Shown here in pieces: positions 1 through 8,950 of a stretch of 64,000 bases of DNA (position 1 is the stretch's first letter; each line of letters starts with the position of its first letter). The notes below the pieces were generated by a model that was given only the letters and a program-made list of their open reading frames with translations, searched no databases and was not told where the DNA came from. The DNA is from Gaiellales bacterium (GTDB taxonomy: Bacteria; Actinomycetota; Thermoleophilia; Gaiellales; Gaiellaceae). Both the position numbers and the translations under genes were made by a program. Location: contig JBBRYK010000006.1 of the NCBI GenBank assembly GCA_038237665.1, positions 4,907 to 68,906 of the forward strand, in the 5' to 3' direction.

Positions 1-306
1 CAGCTGGAAGCGCTCCTCCGTGAAGCAGTCGGCGATCACGATCAACGGTCGATACCCCTTCGCGCGGCAGACGAGCGCGACCGCGGGGCCGGTGCTGCCG
101 CCGGTGTACTCCACGACCGTGTCCCCCACCGAGATCAGCCCGTCGCGCTCAGCGCCCTCGATCATCGCAAGTGCCATCCGGTCCTTCATCGACCCGGTGG
201 GGTTCTGGTACTCCAACTTCAGCCACAGCTCGGCGCCGTTGGCAGGCACGCACCGCCGCAACTGCACCAGTGGGGTGTTGCCGATCGTGTCGAGAACCGT
301 CGTCAT
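1..306 (-). CDS. cysteine synthase family PLP enzyme, N-terminal part (gene runs off the window start)
   Basis: Own translation of the minus strand from ATG at 304-306: MTTVLDTIGNTPLVQLRR...LKLEYQNPTGSMKDRMALAMIEGAERDG...GGSTGPAVALVCRAKGYRP. The PLP-lysine motif fits CysK/CysM/CBS-type enzymes. Absent from the ORF track because there is no stop inside the window. Confidence 0.8.
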   Translation of the reverse strand, partial: MTTVLDTIGNTPLVQLRRCVPANGAELWLKLEYQNPTGSMKDRMALAMIEGAERDGLISVGDTVVEYTGGSTGPAVALVCRAKGYRPLIVIADCFTEERFQL

Positions 307-1062
307 CAACTCATCCGCCGCGCTCAAGCTTGCGGCGCCGGCTGAAAGCCTAAACCTCGTTCGCCGTCTGAAGCGCCGCCGCTGCTAGACATGAAGGCAG
401 TGGCGAGTAAACGCACCGGGGCGCTCGCACTCTCGGCCGTTGCGCTCCTTCTCCTCGCAGGTCAGGTAGCCGGCGCGCCGCGGCTACGGCAGCCAACGCT
501 TTCACAACTCGTCGGCCAGCACCTGCTCGTCCGTATGCAGGACTCGACCCCGAGCGCTTCCTTTCTCGCCCGTGTGCGGCGCGGCGAGATCGGCGGCGTC
601 GTAATCTTCCGCAACAACATCCCTGCCTCGGGCCTCGCGGGACTGATCGCGAAGCTTCAGTCAGCCGCGGGAGCCGGCGGCCAGTTGCCGCTTCTGATCG
701 CCATCGACCAGGAAGGCGGCGCGGTGAGACGGCTTCCCGGCCCCCCGACCCTGGCGCCCTCGGCGATGACGAGCGCCCCGATCGGGCTTGCGCAGGGCAT
801 CGCCACCGGCCGCTACCTTCACCTGCGACGTGACCTGGAGTTCCGAGGCGTGACCTTGAGCGACGACCTCGGCACCGCGGGGGTATCGACGCGGATCCCT
901 CCGTTGGAAGCCGTCGTGCGCGCTGTGCAAGCCGGGATCGACATGGTGTACGTCGCCGGCGTAGGGAGCGACGACGACGCGATCGGCGAAAGGGCCTACG
1001 ACGCCTGCCTCCGACGCCGGGCCTTCCAGTCTCTCTCAGAGTGGACCGACTCAGAACAAAAC

Positions 1063-1088
1063 AAAAAGCCCGCTCAGTGCGGGCTTTT
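1063..1088. terminator. bidirectional intrinsic terminator hairpin
   Basis: AGCCCGC-TCAGT-GCGGGCT stem-loop (1067-1085) flanked by an A-tract and a T-tract. On the minus strand it directly follows the orphan tRNA-Pro 3' fragment, as a native tRNA terminator would. Confidence 0.6.
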
Positions 1089-1117
1089 CATCGGGGCGCC
1101 GAGATTTGAACTCGGGA
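1089..1117 (-). repeat. orphan copy of the tRNA-Pro 3' end (distal att site of the island)
   Basis: CATCGGGGCGCCGAGATTTGAACTCGGGA is identical over 29 nt to 27027-27055, which is the T-arm plus acceptor 3' strand of the tRNA-Pro gene and 2 nt beyond it. Confidence 0.8.
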
Positions 1118-1235
1118 ATGCAGGCGCGTAGTCGCCAGCTGGCTTCTAGAGCCAAATTTAGCCGGTTTTTGGTGGCCCCCTCGTTGGGAGTCATGCTGCC
1201 CGGCCCCCCTGCGCCTGCCGGAGTGTCTCCCCCGG

Positions 1236-2099
1236 TCAGAGGCCCAGTAGGCGTATTGCGTTCCGCTTGAGAATCAAAGGCTTCACCTCGTCCTTGAAGC
1301 CCGCGTCCTCGAAGTCCGCGAGCCAGCGGTCGGGCGTGATCATCGGGTAGTCGGAGCCGAAGAGCACTCGATCCTTGAGCAGCGTGTTCGCGTAGCGGAT
1401 CAATAGAGGCGGGAAGTACTTCGGTGACCAGCCGGAGAGGTCGATGTAGACCTGCTGCTTGTGCAGGGCGATCGAGATCGCCTCGTCCTGCCAGGGGAAC
1501 GAGGGGTGCGCGAGCACGATCTTCAACTCGGGAAAGTCGACCGCCACGTCGTCGACGTAGATCGGGTTCGAGTACTTGAGGCGGATGCCGCCGCCGCCAG
1601 GTAGACCGGCGCCGATCCCCGAATGGCCAGTGTGGAAGAGCGCGGGCAGGCCCGCTTCGGCGATCGTCTCGTAGAGCGGGTAGAACGCGTGGTCGTTCGG
1701 GAAGAACGCCTGGATGTTCGGGTGGAACTTGAAGCCCCGGACACCGTAATCCCGGATCAGCCGGGCCGCTTCCTCCACACCCTTGGCGCCCTTGTTCGGA
1801 TCGATCGACGCGAACGGGATCAGCACGTCGTCGTTGGCCGCGGCGACCTCGGCGATCTCCTCGTTCGGCACGGCACGCCGGCCGGTCACGGACTCCGCAT
1901 CGACGGTGAAGACGACGGCCGCCATGTTCCGCTCGCGGTAGTACGCGGCCACGTCCTCGACCGTGGGCAACCCCGATTCGCCGAAGTACCGCGCCGCGGC
2001 TTCGCGCCACTCGGGCCGGAGTCCGTCCTCCCCGCTCCGCCCCACCTCCGCATGGGTGTGCACGTCGATCGCGACGACGTTCTCGACGTCGATGCTCAT
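1236..2099 (-). CDS. amidohydrolase 2 / ACMSD-superfamily metal-dependent hydrolase or decarboxylase
   Basis: 287-aa ORF. N-terminal IDVHTHA (HxH metal motif), then FHPNIQ, HTGHSG and a C-terminal GSDYP, typical of the PF04909-type TIM-barrel fold. Confidence 0.85.
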   Translation of the reverse strand: MSIDVENVVAIDVHTHAEVGRSGEDGLRPEWREAAARYFGESGLPTVEDVAAYYRERNMAAVVFTVDAESVTGRRAVPNEEIAEVAAANDDVLIPFASIDPNKGAKGVEEAARLIRDYGVRGFKFHPNIQAFFPNDHAFYPLYETIAEAGLPALFHTGHSGIGAGLPGGGGIRLKYSNPIYVDDVAVDFPELKIVLAHPSFPWQDEAISIALHKQQVYIDLSGWSPKYFPPLLIRYANTLLKDRVLFGSDYPMITPDRWLADFEDAGFKDEVKPLILKRNAIRLLGL

Positions 2100-2141
2100 G
2101 CGAGTGCGGTGATGAACGGGCTGAGGAAGCCGGTGGTCGGC

Positions 2142-3536
2142 TCAACCTGGGCCATCGAGACCTCCTGTCGGGGTGGCTACGAAGACGGGATCGAGAGCTT
2201 GCACCGCCACGCGGGCGGCTGCGAGGGCCTCCGCCTCATGGAAGCGGCGAGCGACGATCTGGATGCCGTTGGGGAGCGCGATCGACGGCAGGCTGAGCAG
2301 ATTGACCCAGACGACGTCGCGCATGTGGTCGAAGAGGTCTCGGGTCGCGGCCTCGTCGAGCCAGAAGTCGAACTCGAGCGGCGGCGCCTTCATCCCCGCG
2401 ACGGGCGCGACGATCAGCGGGCACTCCTCCATCAGCAGTGCGGTCTCCTGAGCGGTCCGCCGGCGCTCGGCGTACGAGGCCGCGTAGCGCCCGAGGCTGT
2501 CGCCGATGTCGAAGAGGCCGAACATGACCTCGATGTGCTGCCGGTTCCCCTTCGCGATCAGCCCGTCCCAGGCGGGCAGCGCCGAGTGCAGCAGCTCTGA
2601 CCCCACGAGCTCGGCCCAGAGCTCCGGCGCCCGCGGGGCGTTCGGGATGCCGCCTGCGACGACCTCGTAGCCGTCCTGCTCGAGCGCTGCGCACATGCGG
2701 TCCAGCTCACGCTCGATGTCCGGCTCGATCGCCGCTCCCGTCTCGCGCAACATCCGCAGCACCTTGCGCGGGCCGGCCGGGACTGGGTCGACGACCGGAA
2801 CGCTGACCGGGTCGCGCGGATCAGGGCCGGCCAGAACCTCGTACGTCGCCCACAGATCGTCGAGCGAGCGGGCGAGCGGACCGATCGAGTTCATCAGGTC
2901 GAGCGTCATGCCCCCGGCCGCGGGGTTCAGCGCCTGCACGTGCGGGACCCGCCCCGCGGACGGCCGCAGGCCGAAGATGCCGCAGAAGCTCGCCGGCACG
3001 CGGATCGACCCGCCGTAGTCGGCACCGAGCCCGACGGCCGCCATGCCCGCGGTCACGGCGGCGGCGTCCCCACCGGTTGACCCTCCGGGTGTGAGGCTTA
3101 GATCCCGCGGGTTTCGCGTCGGAGGGTAGAGGTCGTTGACCGTGTTCCAGCGGATCTGGAAGTCGGGCTGGTTGCACTTGCCGACGACGAACGCCCCGGC
3201 GTCGAGAAGCCGTTGGACGGCGAGGGAGGTGCCGGGCGAGCGGCGGTCGGCGAAGGCCTTGACCGCCTCCGTGTGACGCATCCCCTCAACATCGAAGTGA
3301 TCCTTGATCGACACCGGGACGCCGTCGAGCGGCAGATGCCCGCGGCCCTCGTGCGCGCGGTCCGCGGCGTCCGCCTCGTCGAGCACGGACCCGCGAAGCT
3401 CGATGATTGCGTGGACGTCGCCGTCGACCGCCTCGATGCGGTCGAGGTGGGCCGCGAGCACGTCGCGGCGGCTGACCGTCCGCTCGCCGACCAACCGAAC
3501 GATCTCCGTCGCGGTCAACTCGTGGAGCTCAGCCAT
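2142..3536 (-). CDS. amidase (amidase-signature family)
   Basis: GGSTGGDAAAV and GGSIRVPASFCG signature motifs. The start is taken at MAELHELTA (ATG 3534-3536); an upstream start at 3548 is possible. Confidence 0.85.
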   Translation of the reverse strand: MAELHELTATEIVRLVGERTVSRRDVLAAHLDRIEAVDGDVHAIIELRGSVLDEADAADRAHEGRGHLPLDGVPVSIKDHFDVEGMRHTEAVKAFADRRSPGTSLAVQRLLDAGAFVVGKCNQPDFQIRWNTVNDLYPPTRNPRDLSLTPGGSTGGDAAAVTAGMAAVGLGADYGGSIRVPASFCGIFGLRPSAGRVPHVQALNPAAGGMTLDLMNSIGPLARSLDDLWATYEVLAGPDPRDPVSVPVVDPVPAGPRKVLRMLRETGAAIEPDIERELDRMCAALEQDGYEVVAGGIPNAPRAPELWAELVGSELLHSALPAWDGLIAKGNRQHIEVMFGLFDIGDSLGRYAASYAERRRTAQETALLMEECPLIVAPVAGMKAPPLEFDFWLDEAATRDLFDHMRDVVWVNLLSLPSIALPNGIQIVARRFHEAEALAAARVAVQALDPVFVATPTGGLDGPG

Positions 3537-5466
3537 GGGCCCGCGCAAAGGCGACGAACGGCTCGAGGACGGCCGGGTCGGCGAGCGCGTCCCGGCTCGC
3601 GACCTCCTCGAGGGCTGCGCCGAGCAGGATGCGCTTTACCGGGAGTTCGAGCTTCTTGCCCGTCAGCGTCTTCGGAATCGCGGGCACTGCCTCGATGCGG
3701 TCCGGCCCGTGCCGCGGCGACAGGCTCGAGCGCAGCGCGGCCACGATTCGCGCACGCAGCGCGTCGTCGAGCTCAAGCCCACCGATGAGGACGACGAAGA
3801 GGATCAGCTCGCCGGCTCCGCCCTCCGCGTCTTCGAGGTGGACGACCAGCCCCTCGCTCACCTCGTCGAGCTCCTCCAGAACGGCGTAGAAGTCGCCGGT
3901 GCCCAGACGCACTCCGCCGCGGTTGAGCGTGGCATCGGAGCGACCGGTGATGACTGAGCCTCCGCTCTCGGTGAGCAGGATCCAGTCGCCCTGCCGCCAG
4001 ACGCCCGCATAGCGGTCGAAGTACGACGCGCGGTACCGCACCCCACCGGGGTCGTTCCAGAAGCCGACCGGCATCGACGGCATCGGCTTCGCGATCACGA
4101 GCTCGCCGACCACGGGGCGGCCGTCGAGGTCGAGCGCCCGTGCGTCGACGCCGAGGCAGCGAACGGACATTTCCCCGGCGCGGAGCGGCACGAGCGGACT
4201 GCAGGCGGTGAAGCCGGAGCAGACGTCCGTGCCCCCGGAGCCGTTGTTGAGGAACACGTCCGGCCCGAACTGGCCCGTGACCCAGCCGTAGGCATCGGGC
4301 GAGAGCGGCGAGCCCGCCGAGCCGAGGACGCGGAGCGGGTGCAGGTCGAAATCGCGGGCGGGCTGGAGGCCGGCCTTCCGCCACAGCGCGATCATGGCCG
4401 GGTTCGTCCCGAACATCGTCGCGCGCGTCTCCGCGACGATGCGCCAGAGCTCGGCCACGTCCGGGTGCGCCGGGTTGCCGTCGAACGTGACGATCTCAGC
4501 GCCGACGAGGAGGCCCGAGACGAGCGCGTTCCACATCATCCAGGCAGTTGTCGTCGGCCAGAAGAGGCGGTCGCCGCGACCCAGGTCCCACTGGAGCCCA
4601 TGGAGCTTCAGGTGCTCGAGCAGGATGCCGCCGTGCCCGTGCACGATCGCCTTTGGCAATCCGGTCGTCCCCGACGAGAAGAGAACGTAGAGCGGGTGCG
4701 CGAACGGCACCGCCTCGAACGCGAGCGGCCCCGGCTCGGCGAGCAGCTCGTCCCAGCCCCCGCGCGAACCGAACTCGCCGTACGGCACGTGCACCGTCGT
4801 CGCCAGGGACGACAGGCCCGCCTCGACCGCGGCCACCTCGGCGGAGCGGTCGACCGCCTTGTCGCCGTAGCGGTACCCGGACACGGTTAGCAGAACCTTC
4901 GGCTCGATCTGGGCGAAGCGGTCGACGACCGCGCGCGCGCCGAACTCGGGCGCGCACGAGGCCCAGATCGCTCCGAGACTGGCCGTGGCGAGGAACGCGA
5001 CCAGCGTCTCGGGAATGTTCGGCAGGTAGGCGACGACGCGGTCGCCCTTGCCGACACCGAGTCGCTCGAGGCCCGCGCGCGCCCGTGCCACCTGGTCGCG
5101 AAGCTCGCCGAACGTGAGGTCGACCGGCGGCCGCGTGTGCGAGCGGCCGTGTACGGCCGGCCGGTCGAGGCCGTCCTCGGCGCCGACCATGTTCTCCGCA
5201 TAGTTGAGGAGCGCGGCCGGGAACCACTCGGCCCCGGGCATTGCACGTGAGCTGAGAACGGCGGTGTAGGGGGCTCGCGCGCGCACACCGAAGAAGTCCC
5301 AGACCGACGACCAGAAACCGTCGAGATCCTCGACCGACCAGCGCCACAGCTCGTCGTAGCTCTCGAACTCGAGGCCCCGGTGCTCGGCGAGCCACCTCAG
5401 ATAGCGACCGATCTCCGTCCGCTCCCGCACGTCAGCTGGCGGCGTCCACACGACGTTAGAAGCCAA
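3529..5466 (-). CDS. acetoacetyl-CoA synthetase-like acyl-CoA ligase
   Basis: 645 aa. The N-terminus VVWTPPADVRERTEIGRYLRWLAEHRGLEFESYDELWRWSVEDLDGFWSSVW is typical of acetoacetate-CoA ligases, with the AMP-binding motif LFSSGTTGLPKAIVH. TTG start overlaps the pobA stop by 11 nt. Confidence 0.85.
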   Translation of the reverse strand: MASNVVWTPPADVRERTEIGRYLRWLAEHRGLEFESYDELWRWSVEDLDGFWSSVWDFFGVRARAPYTAVLSSRAMPGAEWFPAALLNYAENMVGAEDGLDRPAVHGRSHTRPPVDLTFGELRDQVARARAGLERLGVGKGDRVVAYLPNIPETLVAFLATASLGAIWASCAPEFGARAVVDRFAQIEPKVLLTVSGYRYGDKAVDRSAEVAAVEAGLSSLATTVHVPYGEFGSRGGWDELLAEPGPLAFEAVPFAHPLYVLFSSGTTGLPKAIVHGHGGILLEHLKLHGLQWDLGRGDRLFWPTTTAWMMWNALVSGLLVGAEIVTFDGNPAHPDVAELWRIVAETRATMFGTNPAMIALWRKAGLQPARDFDLHPLRVLGSAGSPLSPDAYGWVTGQFGPDVFLNNGSGGTDVCSGFTACSPLVPLRAGEMSVRCLGVDARALDLDGRPVVGELVIAKPMPSMPVGFWNDPGGVRYRASYFDRYAGVWRQGDWILLTESGGSVITGRSDATLNRGGVRLGTGDFYAVLEELDEVSEGLVVHLEDAEGGAGELILFVVLIGGLELDDALRARIVAALRSSLSPRHGPDRIEAVPAIPKTLTGKKLELPVKRILLGAALEEVASRDALADPAVLEPFVAFARAHG

Positions 5467-6619
5467 CGTAGTTCTCCGCCAGCGAGACCGCCGCGGCGTG
5501 CGAGGTCGTCACGTATCGCAGCTGCGAGAGTCGCAGCTTGCGCTCGAACGGGTCGTCCCCGGGCGGGCGGTGGAGCATCGAGGTCATCCACCAGGAGAAG
5601 TGCTCCGCCCGCCACACCCGCGGCAGGCAAAGCTTGGAATAGCGCTCGAGCGCGACGGCGTCCCGGGTGCGATACCACTCGGCGATCGATTCGGCGAGCA
5701 ACCGGACGTCGCGAATGGCGAGGTTCAACCCCTTGGCGCCCGTCGGCGGGACGATGTGCGCGGCGTCGCCCGCGAGGAAGAGGCGGCCGAACTGCATCGG
5801 CTCGACCACGTAGCTCCGCATGCCGGTGACGCCCCTCTCGAGGATCGGGCCTTCCGCGAGCGTCCACCCGTCCACGCCCAGGCGCATCTGGAGCTCCTGC
5901 CAGATCCGCTCGTCGGGCCACCGGGCGATGTCCTCGTCCGGCCGGCACTGCACATAGAGGCGACTCAGCTCCGGCGTGCGCAGGCTGAGCAGCGCAAAGC
6001 CGCGATCGTGCGCGGAGTAGACGAGCTCGTCGTTCGAGGGCGCGACGGCGGCGAGGATGCCGAGCCAGCCGAACGGATACTCGCGTGAGAACTCGCTCAA
6101 CACGCCGTCGGGGACACTGGAGCGGCAGACGCCGTGGAAGCCGTCACAGCCGGCGATCAGGTCGCACTCGAGCTCTTCATCCCGGCCCTCGTGCCGGAAC
6201 AAGACGCGCGGCCGCTCCGACGTCAGGTCGTGGAGGGCGACCGCCTCGGCCTCGAAGAGCAAAGGCACACCTGAGGCGAGGCGGGCCTCGATCAGATCCT
6301 TCACGACCTCGGTCTGGCCGTAGATGACGATTGTCCTGCCGCCGGTCAGGTCGCTCAGCGGGATCCGGTGCCGCTCACCGTCGAACTGGAGCTCGATCCC
6401 GTGGTGGACGATTCCCTCGCGCTGGAGGCGCTCTCCGACGCCCGCCTCGACGAGCAGGTCGACGGTCCCTTGCTCGAGCACCCCGGCGCGGATCCGGTGC
6501 TCGACGTAGTCGCGGCTGCGCGCCTCGAGGACGACCGAGTCGATGCCCTCCAGGTCGAGCAGCCGGGCGAGCGTGAGACCTGCCGGTCCGGCACCGACGA
6601 TGCCGACCTGAGTTCTCAG
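5456..6619 (-). CDS. pobA: 4-hydroxybenzoate 3-monooxygenase
   Basis: Colinear with PobA as I recall it (GQTEV..DL, GCDGFHG, LAGDAAHIVPPTGAKGLNLA). The FAD GxGxxG motif (GIVGAGPAG) lies upstream of the first canonical start (GTG 6481). I therefore extend the gene to CTG at 6617-6619, giving (M)RTQVGIVGAGPAG. Confidence 0.8.
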   Translation of the reverse strand: MRTQVGIVGAGPAGLTLARLLDLEGIDSVVLEARSRDYVEHRIRAGVLEQGTVDLLVEAGVGERLQREGIVHHGIELQFDGERHRIPLSDLTGGRTIVIYGQTEVVKDLIEARLASGVPLLFEAEAVALHDLTSERPRVLFRHEGRDEELECDLIAGCDGFHGVCRSSVPDGVLSEFSREYPFGWLGILAAVAPSNDELVYSAHDRGFALLSLRTPELSRLYVQCRPDEDIARWPDERIWQELQMRLGVDGWTLAEGPILERGVTGMRSYVVEPMQFGRLFLAGDAAHIVPPTGAKGLNLAIRDVRLLAESIAEWYRTRDAVALERYSKLCLPRVWRAEHFSWWMTSMLHRPPGDDPFERKLRLSQLRYVTTSHAAAVSLAENYVGF

Positions 6620-6987
6620 CCCAACTCCTCCTCGAGGACGCGCTGGGCGATCGCGAAGGCCGAGTTCGCGGCCGGCACGCCGCAGTAGATCGTCGAGTGC
6701 AGGAGCACTTCCTTGATCTCGTCAGGGGTCAGGCCGTTGCGAAGGGCGGCTCGGACATGCAGCTCGAGCTCGTGGTCACGGCCGAGGGCGATCAGCGCAG
6801 TGAGCGTGATGCAGCTGCGCGTCTTACGGTCGAGGCCGGGCCGGGTCCAGATCTCGCCCCACGCGTAGCGCGTGATCAGATCCTGGAAGTCGGTCGTGAA
6901 TTCCGTCGCGTTGCCGGTCGCCCGGTCGACGTGGGCGTCGCCCAGCACCTCGCGGCGCACCTTCAGGCCGTCGTCGTACGTGCTCAA
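6616..6987 (-). CDS. pcaC: 4-carboxymuconolactone decarboxylase
   Basis: C-terminal 123 aa of the 414-aa track ORF: STYDDGLKVRREVLG...TRPGLDRKTRSCITLTALIALGRDHELELHVRAALRNGLTPDEIKEVLLH (CMD family). TTG start forms a TTGA overlap with the pcaD stop. Confidence 0.8.
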   Translation of the reverse strand: MSTYDDGLKVRREVLGDAHVDRATGNATEFTTDFQDLITRYAWGEIWTRPGLDRKTRSCITLTALIALGRDHELELHVRAALRNGLTPDEIKEVLLHSTIYCGVPAANSAFAIAQRVLEEELG

Positions 6988-7712
6988 GCGGGCACCTCCT
7001 GGCGAAGATGGGCGAGCACCGCGGCGTTGAACGCCTCCGATTGCTCGACATTGGCGAAATGGGCTGCATCCGGGATGACGACGAGCTCCGCGCCGGCGAT
7101 ACCACCGGCGATCAGCTCCGCATGCGCCGGTGGGGTCGCCGGATCGTGCGCCCCGGCGATCACGAGGGTCGGAGCATGGATCAGCGGCAAGAGCTCCCTG
7201 GCATCCCAGCCGGCAAGCGCTTCGCAGGTGCCCGCGTAGGTCTCGGGCGGGATCGCGAGCAGCATCTCCCGGAACGCGGCAGTCCCGGCAAAGCGGGGTG
7301 TGAGCCACCGGCCCAGCGAGCCCTCGGCGACCGCCGTCATGCCTTCGGCGCGAACGAGGCTCGCCCTCTGGTGATAGCCGTCGGCCGGCCCGAAGTGCGC
7401 CGACGTGCAGGCGAGGACAAGACACTCGATCCGGGCCGGAGCGTGCGCGTCGAGCCACATGCCGACTGCCCCGCCGATCGAGAGGCCGCAGAGCGACGCG
7501 CGGTTGACCTCGAGCTGGTCCAGTAGGTCGACCAACCCGGCCGCCAGACCTTCGATCGTGTTCGCGGACGGATGGTCGTACCGCAGCACGCGAAACGTCT
7601 CCGACAGTGCCGGAACCTGGCGGTCCCAGAGCTCGAACGTCGTCCCGATCGAGTTCGAAAGGACGAGGACGTCTGCTCCCGCCGGCCCGTCGAGTCGGTG
7701 GCGGAGCGTCAT
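6984..7712 (-). CDS. pcaD: 3-oxoadipate enol-lactonase (alpha/beta hydrolase)
   Basis: 242 aa with nucleophile elbow GLSIGG and a C-terminal His region (IPDAAHF). Lies between pcaB and pcaC. Confidence 0.85.
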   Translation of the reverse strand: MTLRHRLDGPAGADVLVLSNSIGTTFELWDRQVPALSETFRVLRYDHPSANTIEGLAAGLVDLLDQLEVNRASLCGLSIGGAVGMWLDAHAPARIECLVLACTSAHFGPADGYHQRASLVRAEGMTAVAEGSLGRWLTPRFAGTAAFREMLLAIPPETYAGTCEALAGWDARELLPLIHAPTLVIAGAHDPATPPAHAELIAGGIAGAELVVIPDAAHFANVEQSEAFNAAVLAHLRQEVPA

Positions 7713-8950
7713 CCGCCCCCGGCCCCGTAGCGTTCGAGCGCCCGATCGACGAACGCCTCGGACGAGCCGAGGTAGGTGGTTGGGTCGAGCGCATCAGCCG
7801 GCACGTCGAGCGCTCCGAAATCCCCGCCTGCGACGAGCCGGTGCGCCTCCTCGCGGCCATGTCGCTCGGAGAGGAGGAAAGCGAGCCGCTCGGAAACCGT
7901 CTCTCGACCGAGGTTCTCGCGCATCCGCTCGGCGTTCACCTCGAGCCCCTCGAGCGCTTCGCGGATCGCGGCGGCCGCGCCTCCCGTGAGCGCGAAGGCT
8001 GCGGACAGAGCGCTCCACTCGGCCTGCCAGGCCCCGGCGGCCCGCTCGAGCTCGTGCGCCAGACCGCCCGTGAGCACGCCGGCGTGGGCGTGCACCTGCA
8101 GCGCACACGCGCGCGCGAGCGTGGAGCGCACAGGATTCCGCTTCTGCGGCATCGTCGACGAGCCGCCGCCGCTGCCCTCGGCCACCTCCCCGACCTCGCT
8201 CTGCGACAGGAGGATGATGTCGAGGCCGACCTTGGCGAGAACACCTGCCACGACGTCGAGTGCGCCGCCGAGCTGCGCGACTCGGACCCGGTTCGTGTGC
8301 CAGGGCAGGGCCGGGTGGACGAGGTCGAGCTCGTTCGCGTAGAGCCGCCTGACCTCGCAGGCCTGCTCGCCGAGCGGCGCGAGCGTCCCTGCGGCTCCGC
8401 CGAGTTGCGCGGCGAGCTCGACCGCGCGCAGCCCCTCCGCCGCGTCGATCAGGGCGACGAGCCACCCGGCTGCGCGGAACCCAAAAGTGATCGGGACGGC
8501 CTGCTGGAGCAGGGTTCGTCCGGCCGTCGGTGCCGAACGATGCTCGCGGGCGAGTTCCGCGCACGCAGCCGTGACGCGGTCCAGCTCCTCGAAGATCATC
8601 GCCCGAACCCGGCGAGCAACGAGCATCGCGGCCGTGTCAACGATGTCCTGGCTCGTCGCGCCCCAGTGGACGTACGTCGCCGCGTCGGCACGGACGACCT
8701 TCCGGAGCGCCCGCACGAGTGGCTCTGCCGCGTTGCCGGGCTGCCGCGCTTCCTCGAGGATCGCGTCGACGTCGAAGAGCTCCGGCCGGCAGGCCTCCGC
8801 GATCGCCGCCGCGGCAGCGGCCGGAATCACGCCGGCGAGCGCCTCCGCGTTCGCAAGCGCGCGCTCGGCCTCGAGCATCGCCTCGAGCCAGGCCTGATCG
8901 GACACGGCCTCACGGAAGTCGTGCGGGACGAAAAGGGCGTCGAAGGTCAC
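7709..8950 (-). CDS. pcaB: 3-carboxy-cis,cis-muconate cycloisomerase
   Basis: Fumarate-lyase superfamily signature GSSTMPQKRNP and WGATSQDIVDT. GTG start (VTFDALFVPHDF) forms a GTGA overlap with the pcaG stop. The longer track ORF (to 9466) is rejected as Arg-rich read-through. Confidence 0.85.
   Translation of the reverse strand: MTFDALFVPHDFREAVSDQAWLEAMLEAERALANAEALAGVIPAAAAAAIAEACRPELFDVDAILEEARQPGNAAEPLVRALRKVVRADAATYVHWGATSQDIVDTAAMLVARRVRAMIFEELDRVTAACAELAREHRSAPTAGRTLLQQAVPITFGFRAAGWLVALIDAAEGLRAVELAAQLGGAAGTLAPLGEQACEVRRLYANELDLVHPALPWHTNRVRVAQLGGALDVVAGVLAKVGLDIILLSQSEVGEVAEGSGGGSSTMPQKRNPVRSTLARACALQVHAHAGVLTGGLAHELERAAGAWQAEWSALSAAFALTGGAAAAIREALEGLEVNAERMRENLGRETVSERLAFLLSERHGREEAHRLVAGGDFGALDVPADALDPTTYLGSSEAFVDRALERYGAGGG

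Larger units (their letters stand above)
391..1131 (+). pseudogene. glycoside hydrolase family 3 (NagZ-like) gene, apparently degraded
   Basis: Signal peptide plus GH3 N-terminal motifs (LIAIDQEGGAVRRL, then RGVTLSDDLG...AGIDMV). Roughly 130 aa that should lie between them (KHFPGHG / catalytic Asp segment) are missing. The frame also runs through a terminator hairpin and the att repeat before stopping at 1129-1131. Confidence 0.5.

Noticed and set aside
6616-7860. Long N-terminal extensions of track ORFs. Examples: 6616-7860, 7709-9466, 10103-11407, 13113-15065, 14216-15439, 15256-16542, 16155-17237, 24007-24939, 36871-37896, 38485-39708, 44759-47590, 56678-58288 and 60669-61916.
   Set aside because: The extensions overlap the upstream gene in another frame and translate to Arg-rich low-complexity sequence. 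Family alignments and NTGA junctions place the real starts further downstream.
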